This document shows positions 33,323-45,628 of a stretch of DNA of 64,000 nt, piece by piece (within the stretch, counting starts at the first letter, position 1; each line of letters opens with the position of its first letter). This DNA is from Blastocystis sp. Blastoise (Eukaryota; Protista; Bigyra: Opalinata), in the NCBI GenBank assembly GCA_039096225.1, contig JBBPEB010000005.1, positions 930,001-994,000 of the forward strand, given 5' to 3'. The position numbers and the translations under genes are program-made. The notes under the pieces were generated by a model. It was not told the origin of the DNA. It did not search any database and was given only the letters and a program-made list of their open reading frames with translations.

Positions 33323-33567
33323 TTCTAGAATATTCTAGAATCTTTAATTTATTATATTAATATTTTGTATAATTAATTTGTTTTGTTTAATATTTAATAC
33401 TATTATGACAAAGAAACGATTTGGCAATTACTACTTAGATCGTAGTGCAGAAACTTTAGAGAATGTAAATGAAATACTGTCAGTTATTGAAATTGTTCTT
33501 ATTATTATATATATTTTACTTTACTTTTATATGTCCAAGAAACGTTCTAGAACATTCTAGAACATTC
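33323..33567. promoter_or_regulatory. Two short HSE-like arrays (33323-33340 and 33545-33567), each upstream of a small gene
   Basis: TTCtaGAAtaTTCtaGAA and TTCtaGAAcaTTCtaGAAcaTTC. Confidence 0.6.
33405..33560 (+). CDS. Small putative membrane protein, 51 aa
   Basis: ATG at 33405; hydrophobic stretch ILSVIEIVLIIIYILLYFYM followed by KKR; retained in copy 2; has its own 3' motif. Confidence 0.55.
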   Translation: MTKKRFGNYYLDRSAETLENVNEILSVIEIVLIIIYILLYFYMSKKRSRTF

Positions 33568-33662
33568 ATTTTGAACTGGCTCTATTTGTAGAATCTTTAA
33601 TTTATTATATTAGTGTTTTATATAATTAATTTGTTTTGTTTAATCATTGGTTAATTTTAATA

Positions 33663-34037
33663 ATGAACAAGAAATATCTTAGTTATTCTTATTTTTGTCG
33701 TGTGATGAAGAATCTAAAAGAAGAAGGAATTAAATCCAAAAAGAATGAAATAGCGAATCTATTAGAACAATTTTTAAATAATAATAACAACAAAAATCTT
33801 AGTGATTTGCAATTGAGTTATTGTAGAAATATGTTACTTTATATAGATGATCCTGTGATTCATCAACGTCTTGAAATGTTATTGGATAAACAATATATGA
33901 AGAATGAGAATCAATATCAAGATGATAAGAATCTTATTCAACCCAATAATATGTTTATGCCAACTATGAAAAGTAATCAACAACAAAATCAATATCAAAA
34001 TAATAATAATAATCTATCTTTCTTACCTTTTAATTAA
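33663..34037 (+). CDS. Hypothetical viral protein, 124 aa from the first ATG, Q/N-rich C-terminus
   Basis: Protein is identical in copy 2 despite several silent changes. Confidence 0.75.
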   Translation: MNKKYLSYSYFCRVMKNLKEEGIKSKKNEIANLLEQFLNNNNNKNLSDLQLSYCRNMLLYIDDPVIHQRLEMLLDKQYMKNENQYQDDKNLIQPNNMFMPTMKSNQQQNQYQNNNNNLSFLPFN

Positions 34038-34110
34038 TTTTTATATCCTTTTATTACTAGTTGTTTAGTTATATTCAAAATTAAAGCAAAACAAACATGA
34101 AAACATAAAA

Positions 34111-35046
34111 TTATTCAATTAATTTTTTAAATAAATTATTATTTTCTAAAGATACATAAGAATTAATATGTGTATAATCATTATGACATAAAGCAGAAGC
34201 AGAATTTTCTATATCTTGGAATGTATTGGTTGTAGTTGTAGCATATAATTTTCTTAATGCATTAATGGTTAATTTTGGATGGATTTGTTTTAAATGCTTA
34301 TTCACAAACCAATCAAATGCTTTAGTAGTAAATCCAGTTCTTACAGAAGATTCAAATATAAATTTACGATTTGGATTTCTTTTTAAGAGTAATTCTAGAT
34401 CTTCAATCAATTCTTTTGGTGCATCTAATTGAATTGTAGAGTATTTACCAGCAGTTTTATAATCATTTAATAGAATAGAACCAGTATGTTTCTCTTTATC
34501 ATAAACAATATAATTCTTATGAATAGCTGGATCAATAGTATCTTCTGGTGATAGAATGAATAATTGAGCATAATCAGCACGAGCAGGAGGAAGATAGGAG
34601 TAAAAATCTAATATTAATCGTAATGGATTATAATTTTCTAATTTATCGTGATATTCATGTAAATATGGAGTCGTAATACCATCTTTAATAAGATCTTGAA
34701 TTAAAGTACGTTTCTTATTATCCAGATATTTTTCATACATTGAATTGATAATCACATAAAATTCACACCATTTATTTAAAATACCTTCTTTATTTAATGA
34801 AGAAACATTACGTATAATAAATAAAATCAATTCACATAACGATTTCATTGGACTAATTTTGATTTTACGTTCATTTACCATATAATCCATGAATGAATAA
34901 GGATTCTTTAAGAATTCTGAGAACTTTTTAAATGGTAATGGGAAAATATATAAATTGAAATAATTGGTTAAACGTTTTTTCCAAATATCAGAATAATTTG
35001 AATTCTGTATAACCAAAAGATACTTGTCATAATTTGTATTTTTCAT
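34111..35046 (-). CDS. Tyrosine recombinase/integrase, short form (311 aa from the first ATG)
   Basis: PPARADY (R), LNDYKTAGKY (K), NALR (R), HNDYTHINSY (H, Y); virophage/PLV-type integrase pattern; adjacent to the TIR. Confidence 0.88.
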   Translation of the reverse strand: MKNTNYDKYLLVIQNSNYSDIWKKRLTNYFNLYIFPLPFKKFSEFLKNPYSFMDYMVNERKIKISPMKSLCELILFIIRNVSSLNKEGILNKWCEFYVIINSMYEKYLDNKKRTLIQDLIKDGITTPYLHEYHDKLENYNPLRLILDFYSYLPPARADYAQLFILSPEDTIDPAIHKNYIVYDKEKHTGSILLNDYKTAGKYSTIQLDAPKELIEDLELLLKRNPNRKFIFESSVRTGFTTKAFDWFVNKHLKQIHPKLTINALRKLYATTTTNTFQDIENSASALCHNDYTHINSYVSLENNNLFKKLIE

Positions 35047-35134
35047 TGATTTTCTCAAGTAGAATCTCTAAAACTTCTATTTTCAAAAGAATAATACATA
35101 AGAAAATCAAAATAAAATATCTAAGATTCTCATG

Positions 35135-35182
35135 TTCTCGAATGTTCTAGAAGTTTCGAGAATGTTCTAGAATATTCTAGAA
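35135..35182. promoter_or_regulatory. HSE-like array upstream of the short recombinase gene
   Basis: Five TTCnnGAA units at 10-bp period. Confidence 0.75.
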
Positions 35183-36041
35183 AATTGATATACATGCCGC
35201 CACCTAAAACCACTGGAACACAATTAGTTTTCCCAGTTTCCCCAATATAATTATGTTTTTGTGTTCCAAAATCCCTCATTTTTACATTTTTAAGCAATCT
35301 GATTGGACAATTCACGATGACGCATCCTATTTCCATAACGGTCACCCTTGTTTCCAAAAGTCTCTCGTTATAATCGTGGTGGTGGGTACATCTTTTTACA
35401 AGACCACACCACCACCAGCTTTTCTTTCACCCACTATAAATACATACCTTGATCACTTTACTCTTTTTATATAATTTTTTTTATGATTATCATGACTTTT
35501 TATATTATTTATTGATCACTATACATACATTTTTATTTTTATATATTCCCGTGATTATTTCTATTATTTCTTTTTAGATAGAACCATCCATTTCATCTTT
35601 TCTCTATATAAAGGGAGGGTCGGGGTGTGTGTTTATTTAGCACATTCTGTGCTTCTTTTCGTATTTCTTTCTGTATTCCCGTGATTATTTTACTCACTTT
35701 ACCAACGATGGAGCCATTTCCCATGAATATTCCCTGTAAAGGGGAGGGTGTGAGTGTGTATTTTATTTCTTTTATGATTACTATGAGTTTCTCCTTGATC
35801 ACTTTACGTTTCACGTTGGAATCGGAACACAAATAAATTAAAAATAAATAAACATGGGAAAAAATAAATACACACACACACTACCCTACACTCCCATGGT
35901 TATTTTACTTCAGAAATGTTAATAATTCTTCCGTCGAGAACAAAAAGGGGGGATGTCTTCCCCGCTTATGGCTGCGCGCGTCGCGCAGACTCTATGCGGG
36001 GTTTGCATACCCCCCTTCTGCAGTTCGAAGAACGGAAGAAT
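35145..36041 (-). repeat. Right terminal inverted repeat of PLV copy 1 (897 bp)
   Basis: Reverse complement of 4492-5387. Confidence 0.96.
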
Positions 36042-36109
36042 TAATAAAATTTAAATATATATAAATAAATGAACATAAACAATTTTATATATACATAAAT
36101 AAGTATATA

Positions 36110-38400
36110 TATATATACTGAAACATTAATATATTTCTCTATATCACTAAAACTTCTTTCTTTTTCTCCTTCTTCATTTCTATTTCTTCTTTATTTTATC
36201 TATATATATATATATATCAGTTAGTTTAAAATAAAATAAATTAGTAATTAATAATTTCCAAGACCTTTATATACCTAATTATATACATTAATTCTTAATA
36301 TAAAAATATAAAGAAAATTCACGGGAATAAGATCTATATATAAATAGATATATTATTTTAAATATTTTGTTAAAAAAAAACATATATATATATATATATA
36401 TAAATTTCTCTACTAATAAAAAATTATGATATAATAAGAATAACATTATATACTATAGAACAAATAGTAGTACCAGAAAGTATACAATATAAGTTATCTT
36501 GAGTATTTAAAAAGGAATAATAGATTCTAACACTATATATACTTATATAAAAATAAATATAGACAAATATATATACATATATATAGAATAGTAGCTAAAT
36601 AATAATAATAATAATTATATATATATACATATCTTTACTTGTTTTATAGACATAATATACACTTATTGTAAACTTCATTTTTCTTTTAAAAAAGAATAAA
36701 TAAATTTAACTATATATATATTATAATAAAAATCAATAAAGATATATTAATTATGATATATATACTTATATGTATAATTTTGAGTTTTTATTTTTTTCAT
36801 ATCATAACTTATTTAATACTCAATAAATGTATATAATATTTCTTTGATACATTCATAAAATATAGCTATAGATAGAGAGAGATATAATAATAATTTTATT
36901 GTATATAGTAATATAAAATGTTATATATAAAGAATAATAATAGTAATATTTCTTTTAATAATATACATAATAGTATCTTAAATCATATAAAAATAATTAA
37001 CTAGAAGAAGAAGATGTTTTTGTTTGCTCATTATAACTTATTTATCATCTTCTTTTAATGATATTCAGCTAATTATAATAGCTATATATAATAATATAAA
37101 TATTTAAAAATATTATAAATAAAAATATACGTTTATAATAATGTAATTACTCTATATAATTCCCAAATAAATTCATATCTTTATAAACAATAAAAATATA
37201 TAAATAAACACAATCTTATTATAATTGATACACGTCTATCTATATCTATATTTCTATCTATCTATATAATACAAATAGTAATAATAAAAATAAATAAATA
37301 GAATAAAAGTATTACTAGTAATAAATACATATATACTTTTCTATTAGTATCTATGCCTTACTATTCTATATAAAAACTTCAATCTATAATGCAGTACATA
37401 TCCATATAGTGTATCTAAAGGAATAAGAAAAGATGATATCAATCTATGTCAAATAAAGAAGAAAGATATTCACCAAAATCCATCATTATATCATCATAAC
37501 AATAACATCTTTTTCATCATTTTTAAAAGATAAAGATAATAGGATACCTATATATGATATTCCTAGTAACTGATAATAAACTATTTTTTTATATAAATAC
37601 AGAGAATCTAACACTTAAACAACTCGATTCTTATTATATTCATCAGGAAGAGAAACAATAAGAAAAAATACAGGTTTGACCAAGAGAGAGACTTAAGAAC
37701 CAATTGAAGATCTATATAAACTATCTATTAATAGAAATATATTAATCATACCTTATAAACCAAGAAATTGAAAACCTTATATACTCTCTCAACTTCTATT
37801 ACATACTATTTAAAACTATATATATATAATAGTTTATTATACAATAATATGATTTAAATGTATATAAGTATTATATATATATACAAAAAAAGATTAATTC
37901 ATATAAAGATATTTACTAATAAATTTATTCTCCAAATCGTTATTATTATTAGGAATAAAAACATTTATATCTTTACTGATGAGAATAACATAAAATTATC
38001 TACTTCTTATTATCCTGAAGAACTATATATAGATAATATAGATTAATATATAATAATATATAGAATAATAATAAACAATATAATAATAATATATATGTAT
38101 AAAATATATATATATAATAATATATTTAATAATAGATATACACATAATTATATATATATATATCACGAAGATTCTAATAATCAACATAATAATAGACTTC
38201 TTCATTAATTATCATTTATTATATCCTTCTATAGATATAGATATATAATAAATATATTATAGTATACTATATTATTTCTATTAAATTATATATATATATA
38301 TATATACCATATTATAACGGAAACAAGTAGTAATAACCTCTATTCTATATTCATAAGGATTAAGTCTCAATATTCTAATAGAATTCAATGCCTATATATA
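36110..38400 (-). pseudogene. Probable decayed intron-rich host gene
   Basis: Regular minus-strand GTATAT...ATAG intron-like segments; the exon-like blocks I translated contain stops. Confidence 0.3.
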
Positions 38401-38662
38401 TAATTTGATTTTTTTTACATATTTTTAAAATAAATATATAAAATATATATATATATTAAAAAAGAATAAAAATAATAATAAAATATATATATACTAGGGT
38501 CACGCCGCAGGTCCGGGGCCTAACGGCACCGGACCGCGGCTGCAAAGAATAATAACAGTTTGGCTTTTATTTTCTTTTTTTTCATTATTATCTATTATAT
38601 ATAATATATAATATATATTATATACTATATATTATATATTATATATATTATTTTATTAACAC

Positions 38663-38732
38663 TTCTTATACTCTATATGGAGAGTAATAATCATTTGTTG
38701 ATTATAATCAGGTTCAATTCCTGATATAATTA
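38663..38732 (+). ncRNA. tRNA-like cloverleaf 1 in Helitron B
   Basis: Homologue of 16411-16480 with a compensatory change ACAATC/GATTGT to ATAATC/GATTAT; the closing stem is shorter. Confidence 0.55.
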
Positions 38733-40022
38733 TTAAATTGATCATTTGAATAGTATCTGAAAAACTAAAAACAATACTTAAAAAAATGAGAAACCCTTTT
38801 TGAATCATTATATTTGTTATTTATTATTTTAAAAATATATATTGTATTTATAAATAGTTAAGTTACTATTTTAATTATTATGGAGTTTCTAAAGCTAATA
38901 AATTTAGAAATGGCTCACAATGTTAAGTATTGAAAGTCATTATTATGTAAAATCATTTTAAATAGATTATAATAAGGTAGTTTACACTTTCTTTAATCAT
39001 TTCATAAAACCAAAACCCATTTAACACAACAAAGTCAACATTCATTTTCACTTTAACGACTTAAACACATAGTTTTAGAATTAATATTAATAAAGTCACT
39101 TTAAATAGCATTTCTATACATAAAGGTGTCAACAATATCGGTTTTAGAGAGACTTCACCATTTTGATATCCAGTGTATCAAAATAGTTTTAAACATAACT
39201 TTCACACAATATAGATCTCATTGTGTTATATATTAATTAAAATTTGATGTCTTGAATCTCTGATATAGAGACCCTTTTTTATACATTTTGAAAAGTTGAC
39301 ACACTTAAAGTTAATTTAAAAAGCTAACATTTACACACTATACTCAGCATAACTCTATAAACACGTTAATAACGATTTTAACACTCTTTATAAGCCTTTT
39401 ACATTTGGTCATACACTTTGTCAAGTGTATTTCTGTCCCTCGTTTTGATATAGTTTAAAACATAAATTATAGTTTGATAAATAAAATGTTTCGTATTGAA
39501 TCGCATCCTCCTAAAACTTATTATTATATTTTTTTTAAATAAAACCCTTTAAACTTGTTTTTAAAAGTCAGTACTTTCATATTATAACAAAAACACAGTT
39601 TTAAACAAACAGACAAACTCTTTTAAATTTTTAGACAACTCAAACACATTTTTAATTCACTTGTGAAAAATAAAATTATTTTAATTTTTTACATGTTGTA
39701 GAGTGCATGCTATTTTATATTAAACAATTTTTAGAATTTTTAATCTCTTAGTTGAAGAGCCTATTTTTTAACATTTATTAATTTTTACAATTTTACATAT
39801 AATAAACTATATAAAAAAAGTATGTGGAGGATTCAAAACTTAATAATAAGTCAATTATTGATATGATTACATTGGTGAGTCTATATAGAATTAGATGAGA
39901 TCAATAAATGTTTTAATTAAATTAAATACAAAGATTAAAATGATCCATACTATTAATATTAACTAATTTAACAATTGTTTTAATAGTCAACAATTAAAAT
40001 TAAAAAACAAAGCAAAAAAACA

Positions 40023-40053
<31 letters not shown>

Positions 40054-40881
40054 CAAAGTATTATATTAAATAAGTAAATATAGATTAGCTAAAGCTAAAC
40101 AAAGTAAATAAATAGATATATAAAGAAAGAAAATATAAATAAAAAATAATAAGCAAAAGAAAAAGAAAATTAAAAAAATAAAAACATTCTAAGTATACCC
40201 ATCATATTAGAAAAGCCTAAAAAATAAAAGACATATATATATATATATATATAAGAGATATAATAATAAATATATGATATATATATATACCTTTAAGTAT
40301 TAGAGACCTATCCACACTATCACCTATATAGATAAAGATATATATATAAAAGATACATTATAATAAATATATGTAATATATATATATACCTTTAGATATA
40401 TTTCTATTTATAAGAATAAACATTATCATCATGATGATAGTATTCCAAATTAGATGGTACACCTATATATAATAAATGATTGAGATAATAATAATAATAT
40501 ACATGAATAAACAATAAATATATATATATATATACCTTCTAAAGAAGGAACAGAAGAATAACCATGATATCATAACTGAGTTGAACAACCTATATATGAA
40601 CAAATTAGTATTAATAAAATAAAAAGAAATTAAAAAATAAAGAAATATGAATATACCTGTATCATTACCTATAATAGAAGACTCGATCAGAATAGAAGGA
40701 CCTATATATAAATAATAAATAAAAATAAACTAAATTAAATTTAAAAAATAGACATACCTTAATTATTAACACCTTCAGCAACCACACACACAACAATAAA
40801 AGAACCTATAAAGAAACAGTAATAGACAAATAATAAATAAAAAAATAATAATAATAAATGAATGACAATATATATATATAC

Positions 40882-41222
40882 CTTTAATACCATAGGAACA
40901 GTCTACCTGATCACCAACAACATCAGCAGCAGTATTGAAAACATCAGAAGAACCTTCAACACTACACAGATATCTTCATCTACACCACTGTTTACATGCA
41001 CAACAACTGAAGAACCTTCAATACCATAAGAGGAACCTATATCTACGTAAACAGAACCATTAGCATCATTTAAAGCAACAGAAGAACCTTCACAGTTAGC
41101 ATAACAGGCAACACCACAGCCTCCGTATGATACAAATAACATAGAAGAACCTTTAAGACCATCAGAGCAAGTAATACCAAGACCAAGAACATACACAACT
41201 GGATCCTATTGAGTAGAAGAAC
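40882..41222 (-). pseudogene. Fused (intron-less) version of five cargo exons in Helitron B
   Basis: 341 nt = 72+63+72+63+72 minus a 1-nt deletion; junctions are exact splice products. Confidence 0.85.
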
Positions 41223-42232
41223 CTGAAAGTTTTTGAGAAATGTATATTTTTCCATCTACACACTTCGATCTTGACAGCATCATGCCTTCTGAGGCATCTT
41301 AGATAATATTTTAATTATAAAAAATAAGTGTTTTCTCTTAATATAAAAATTGTGTTTATATTTCTACTTTTAAAGAAAAGGGTCTTTTATAAAAATATGC
41401 TTCTTAAAATCTAATAGAAATCAAAAATACCCTTGAGTTTTCATTGATTTATTTACAAAAGTAATAATTGGGTCATTTTCTATTAAAAACATTTATGGTA
41501 CCCAAAAAACATAGTTTTTTACATTTTTTAAATATTTGATTATATTATTTGATTCTGTATATTTTATTTATTTATTTGATATTGTTTTATATTGCATTAT
41601 ATCTATCTATCTATATAGTTATTTATTTATTCAAAATAATACACTTTTTTATAGGATTCTCTTGTATTTGTCTTGGTTGTTGTAGTAAAGAGTTCTTGAA
41701 GTGGTCACGGCTATGTGAATTGGATTACTTTGTGTCAGGTATATAATATATATTTATTTTTATAGTATTTGTTTTTTAATTCTCTCATTACTTTGTTTTA
41801 TTTTATATTTTTGTTATCTATATTATTTATTTTGTCTTTTTATATCATTTATTAAATAGTTTTTAATTATTTTTATTCTATAGGAAAGAAAATGTTGTTG
41901 ATGTGTTGTCGTCTTCGTTTTTTCATGTCATTCTTCTTTAGTCTGTGGTTTCAGATTAATCTATTAGGTATATATTTATATTTTATTTATTATTTTCATT
42001 TTTATTATTTATTATTTATGTTTTTTATTTATTTATTTATGTTTTTTATTTATTTATTTATTATATTTATTTATTTATTTATTATATTTATTTATTATAT
42101 TTATTATATTTATTTATTATATTTATTTATTTATTATATTTATTTATTTATTTATTTATTATATTTATTTATTTATTATTTATTTATTATTTATTTATTT
42201 TTATATGTTTTCTATTATATATAGGTTTTATA

Positions 42233-42825
42233 GTCTTCTTGTTCTTTTTTCTTCTTTCTTCCTTCTTTCTTCTTCATTTTACTTCTTCCTTCTTCCTTAT
42301 CCTTCCTACTTCTTTCTTCCTTCTTTCTTCCTTCTTTCTTCTTCCGTCTTTCTTATCCTTCCTACTTCTTTCTTCCTTCCTTCCTCATCCGTCATTCTTC
42401 CTTCCTTATTCTTCCTTCTTCCTCATCCTACTTACTTCTTCCTTCTTTCTCATCCTTCTTTCTCATCCTTCTTCCGTCTTCCTTATTCTTCCTACTTCCT
42501 TCTTCCTCATCTGGCATTCTTCCTACTTCTTCCTACTTCTTCCTACTTCTTCCTGCTTCATCATTCATCATTTCCTTCTTCCTGCTTCCTTCTTTCTTCT
42601 TTCCCATCCTTGATTCTTCCTTCTTCCTTCTTCCTCATCCTTCATCCTTGTTTTTTCCTTCTTCTTCCTCATTCTTCCTTCTTCCTCATCATTCCTACTT
42701 TTACATCCTTCCTCATTCTTCCTTCTTCCTCATCCTTCCTCATCCTTCCTACTTCATTCTTCCTCATTCTTCATTCTTTCTTCTTTCTTCCTACTTCCTA
42801 CTTCTTTCTTCCTACTTCCTTCATT

Positions 42826-42863
<38 letters not shown>
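42233..42863 (+). repeat. Polypyrimidine tract and (TA)n in Helitron B
   Basis: Directly visible low-complexity sequence. Confidence 0.9.
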
Positions 42864-42867
<4 letters not shown>

Positions 42868-42892
42868 ATTATTATTATTATTTATAAACTCC

Positions 42893-42959
42893 CTTTATGC
42901 TCTAGAAGGAGAGAAGCAATCATTATAGATTGTTTTCAGGTTCAATTCCTGACATGAAG
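42893..42959 (+). ncRNA. tRNA-like cloverleaf 2 in Helitron B
   Basis: One change relative to copy A, turning an A-U pair into G-U. Confidence 0.65.
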
Positions 42960-45628
42960 TGTTATTTTTCTCCTGTTTTTTAATATTTTTTTTTACATAT
43001 TATTATTATATATATATATTCTCTTTTTTAAATTCATTTTAATCCATTTTACTTTATACTTTTCAATTTTGACATTGCATACATATATCTAACTTTTTAT
43101 AGTTTTTTTTAGACTTCCTCTTCTCAACAACAGTCAGAATGAGAACAAAATCCATTTTAACTCGAGCAACTAAGTCATCTCAAAACTGTTTGAATCAATC
43201 AATATAGACGTGTATGTCATAATTTATCATTTTAAACTGATTTTCAACTCTCAAAAGTAAACAAACCAAACACACATGTTGACTTTTAAACGTTAAACTC
43301 AGTATTAAAAGGTTATTTTTATAGAGTAGACATAAAACATTGATTTAAACAAAAATGAATGGAAACAATCAACTCTTGATACAACTTTGCCATTTGACAA
43401 AACACTCATCCACAATATTTTCCAAAGTTCTTTTAGTAAAGTGTTTATATATACATGTTATGTATAAAATGAAAGTCAACTTCTTGAATCTCTTTGTTTA
43501 AGACACGCTTTAAAACATTTTGACAAATTGACAACCTTTAACTGGTTATTTAAAGTTGATATTTTAAGAGTAAACTTGATTTAGACCCTTAAACACAACT
43601 GGCATCACCATAACACTTTTAAAGACACTTTACCATTTGGTCATACACTTTGATCAAAACATTTTCGTCCCTTCTTTTAATATAATATAGATCATACACT
43701 CTAGTTTAATGAATAAACACTCAAATATTGAATCTCGTCCTCTAAGTTACTCATTTTTACATTTTTTTAAATTAAGACCCTTAGAGTTGATTTTTTGACT
43801 CAATTTTTCTACAGTGCACGAAATTCACGATTTTGCTCAAACTGAAGTAAAAATAAATTTTAAATAATAGTCACAACCCTTCACACATCCACTCTCTAAA
43901 AATTATTTTCTTTGTACTTTTGATATGTTGTAGAGCTACTACAGCTGTACACTAATTAATATCTCTAAATTTTTTATTCATAGTTTAAGACTATGTTTTA
44001 CACATTCTTTTGAATTTGACAACCTTAAACTATTTATTTAAAGCTCTTATTCATAGAATTGACTTGACTTAACATTTGAAACACATATAGACACCCTTTT
44101 ACTTTTTAAGACACATTTTGTCATTTGGTGATACACTTTGACCATCATAATTTTGACTTTCCTTTTAACATAGTATAGAGTATTATCTCTAGTTTACTAA
44201 ACAAAAGTCATTATATTGAATCTTATCCTCTAAGACCACTTAATTCACATTTTTCAGAATTGTGACACTCAAACTCATTATTTTAAGACTCTGTTTTAAC
44301 TATAGTAGTTTGAGGACCTATTGATTACAATACTGTAATATTAGTCGATTATAAGAAGATCAAAGAAAATATCGATCACTCAAAAATCGTCCTCAGGAGC
44401 TCAAAATTGGTACACCTAGGTTTTTTGACCTCCTGAATCAGAATATGATGTCAAATTAAGAATCTAAATTTGACCGTTAAGGCCTCACGTGTTCAATATG
44501 AAAAAGTATTAAAAAATAGATAAATATAAAGAATAAACACGGATAACGTATATTGTGGGATTGAGAAAAAATCAAGTTTACCCCATGTTTATTTTCCAAT
44601 TGTCTGGTCAACAATTTTTATCGGGACGATCCCAAAGAGCCAATCAAAAACGACTCAAAAATCATGTTTTCTGTTCTTTTATTAATAACTTTTTAATTAT
44701 AAACAATATCGCTTAACCAAATATATGGTGCACAACTACATGTTATATCCTATTGAACTGTGTTTCAACCAAAAGTTAACTCCCCGTAAGTTTAGAGGAG
44801 TTGTGGGTACAAACTATAGTATACCTTAACCAATCAAATGCATTTTCCAAAAACTGACCAATGGGAATTTTTTTGCCTATTCTCATATATATAGTAATGA
44901 TATACAATAAATTTTTATAATAAACTTTGAGATATTTGTTTAACGAATCAACTAATACTATATAAACAATAAATAGAATGAATATATAAAATATAAAAAA
45001 AACTATAAGAATAAATATATATTTCTACTAATAAATACTATAAGACCTATATATACAAAACTATAGATAAAAGTAAATAATTAAATTAAAAATAAATAAT
45101 TATATAAAACAATACTATTTAATATATATCTGAATTAAATATATCAAATAAATTAAATAAAATAACATAAAAATAATAATAATAAAAATATTTATATATA
45201 CCTAAAAAATGAAAAGGAAGAATTTTCTTTTTTAATTAAACCACTTTTTCAAGATTCGGTAACTACCCTAGAGTAATATAGATAGTGAATAAAGTAAAAT
45301 AAATAAAAGAATAAATAAAAATAAATATATACAGAAATGAATGTCTCCCATTCTCTCACTTTTGTTTTGATTTGAATTTATTTTGATTTAAAATCGTCAA
45401 CCATTAGTACATAAGTGATTTGAAGAATCTCATTCAATTACAACCTAAATAAATAAAATAGAAATTAGACAAAATTATTATATTTTATATTTATATACTT
45501 TTGAAGAGACCTGTGTGACTAAAGTGAAGGCTTGAAACTGTTAGTGACACCTATAAGTTCTAAAAATAAATAAACGATAACATAATTACTGATTAAGTAT
45601 TTGTATATAAAATAATTATAAAATAATA

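Larger units (their letters stand above)
4492..36041. mobile_element. Endogenous Polinton-like virus, copy 1 (31.55 kb; ~25.2 kb without the nested Helitron)
   Basis: Bounded by ~0.9 kb TIRs. Intronless, densely packed genes for capsids, A32 ATPase, protease, primase-helicase and tyrosine recombinases. No target-site duplication evident. Confidence 0.93.
38494..44900 (-). mobile_element. Non-autonomous Helitron, copy B (6407 bp)
   Basis: Same TC...CTAG ends and hairpin as copy A, inserted between A (38493) and T (44901); collinear with copy A but clearly diverged. Confidence 0.92.

Noticed and set aside
36318-36329. TCACGGGAATA TIR motif in the right host flank
   Set aside because: A single 11-mer with no surrounding similarity; cannot be distinguished from chance.
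36110-37720. Alternative genetic code (TAA/TAG = Gln) to rescue stop-containing exons
   Set aside because: The host ORF at 1-993 and all viral genes have no internal TAA/TAG and end at them; decay is the simpler explanation.
41892-42957. F/L/S/I/Y-rich ORFs of 79-250 aa
   Set aside because: Translations of polypyrimidine and TTTA low-complexity tracts; not conserved as ORFs in Helitron A.
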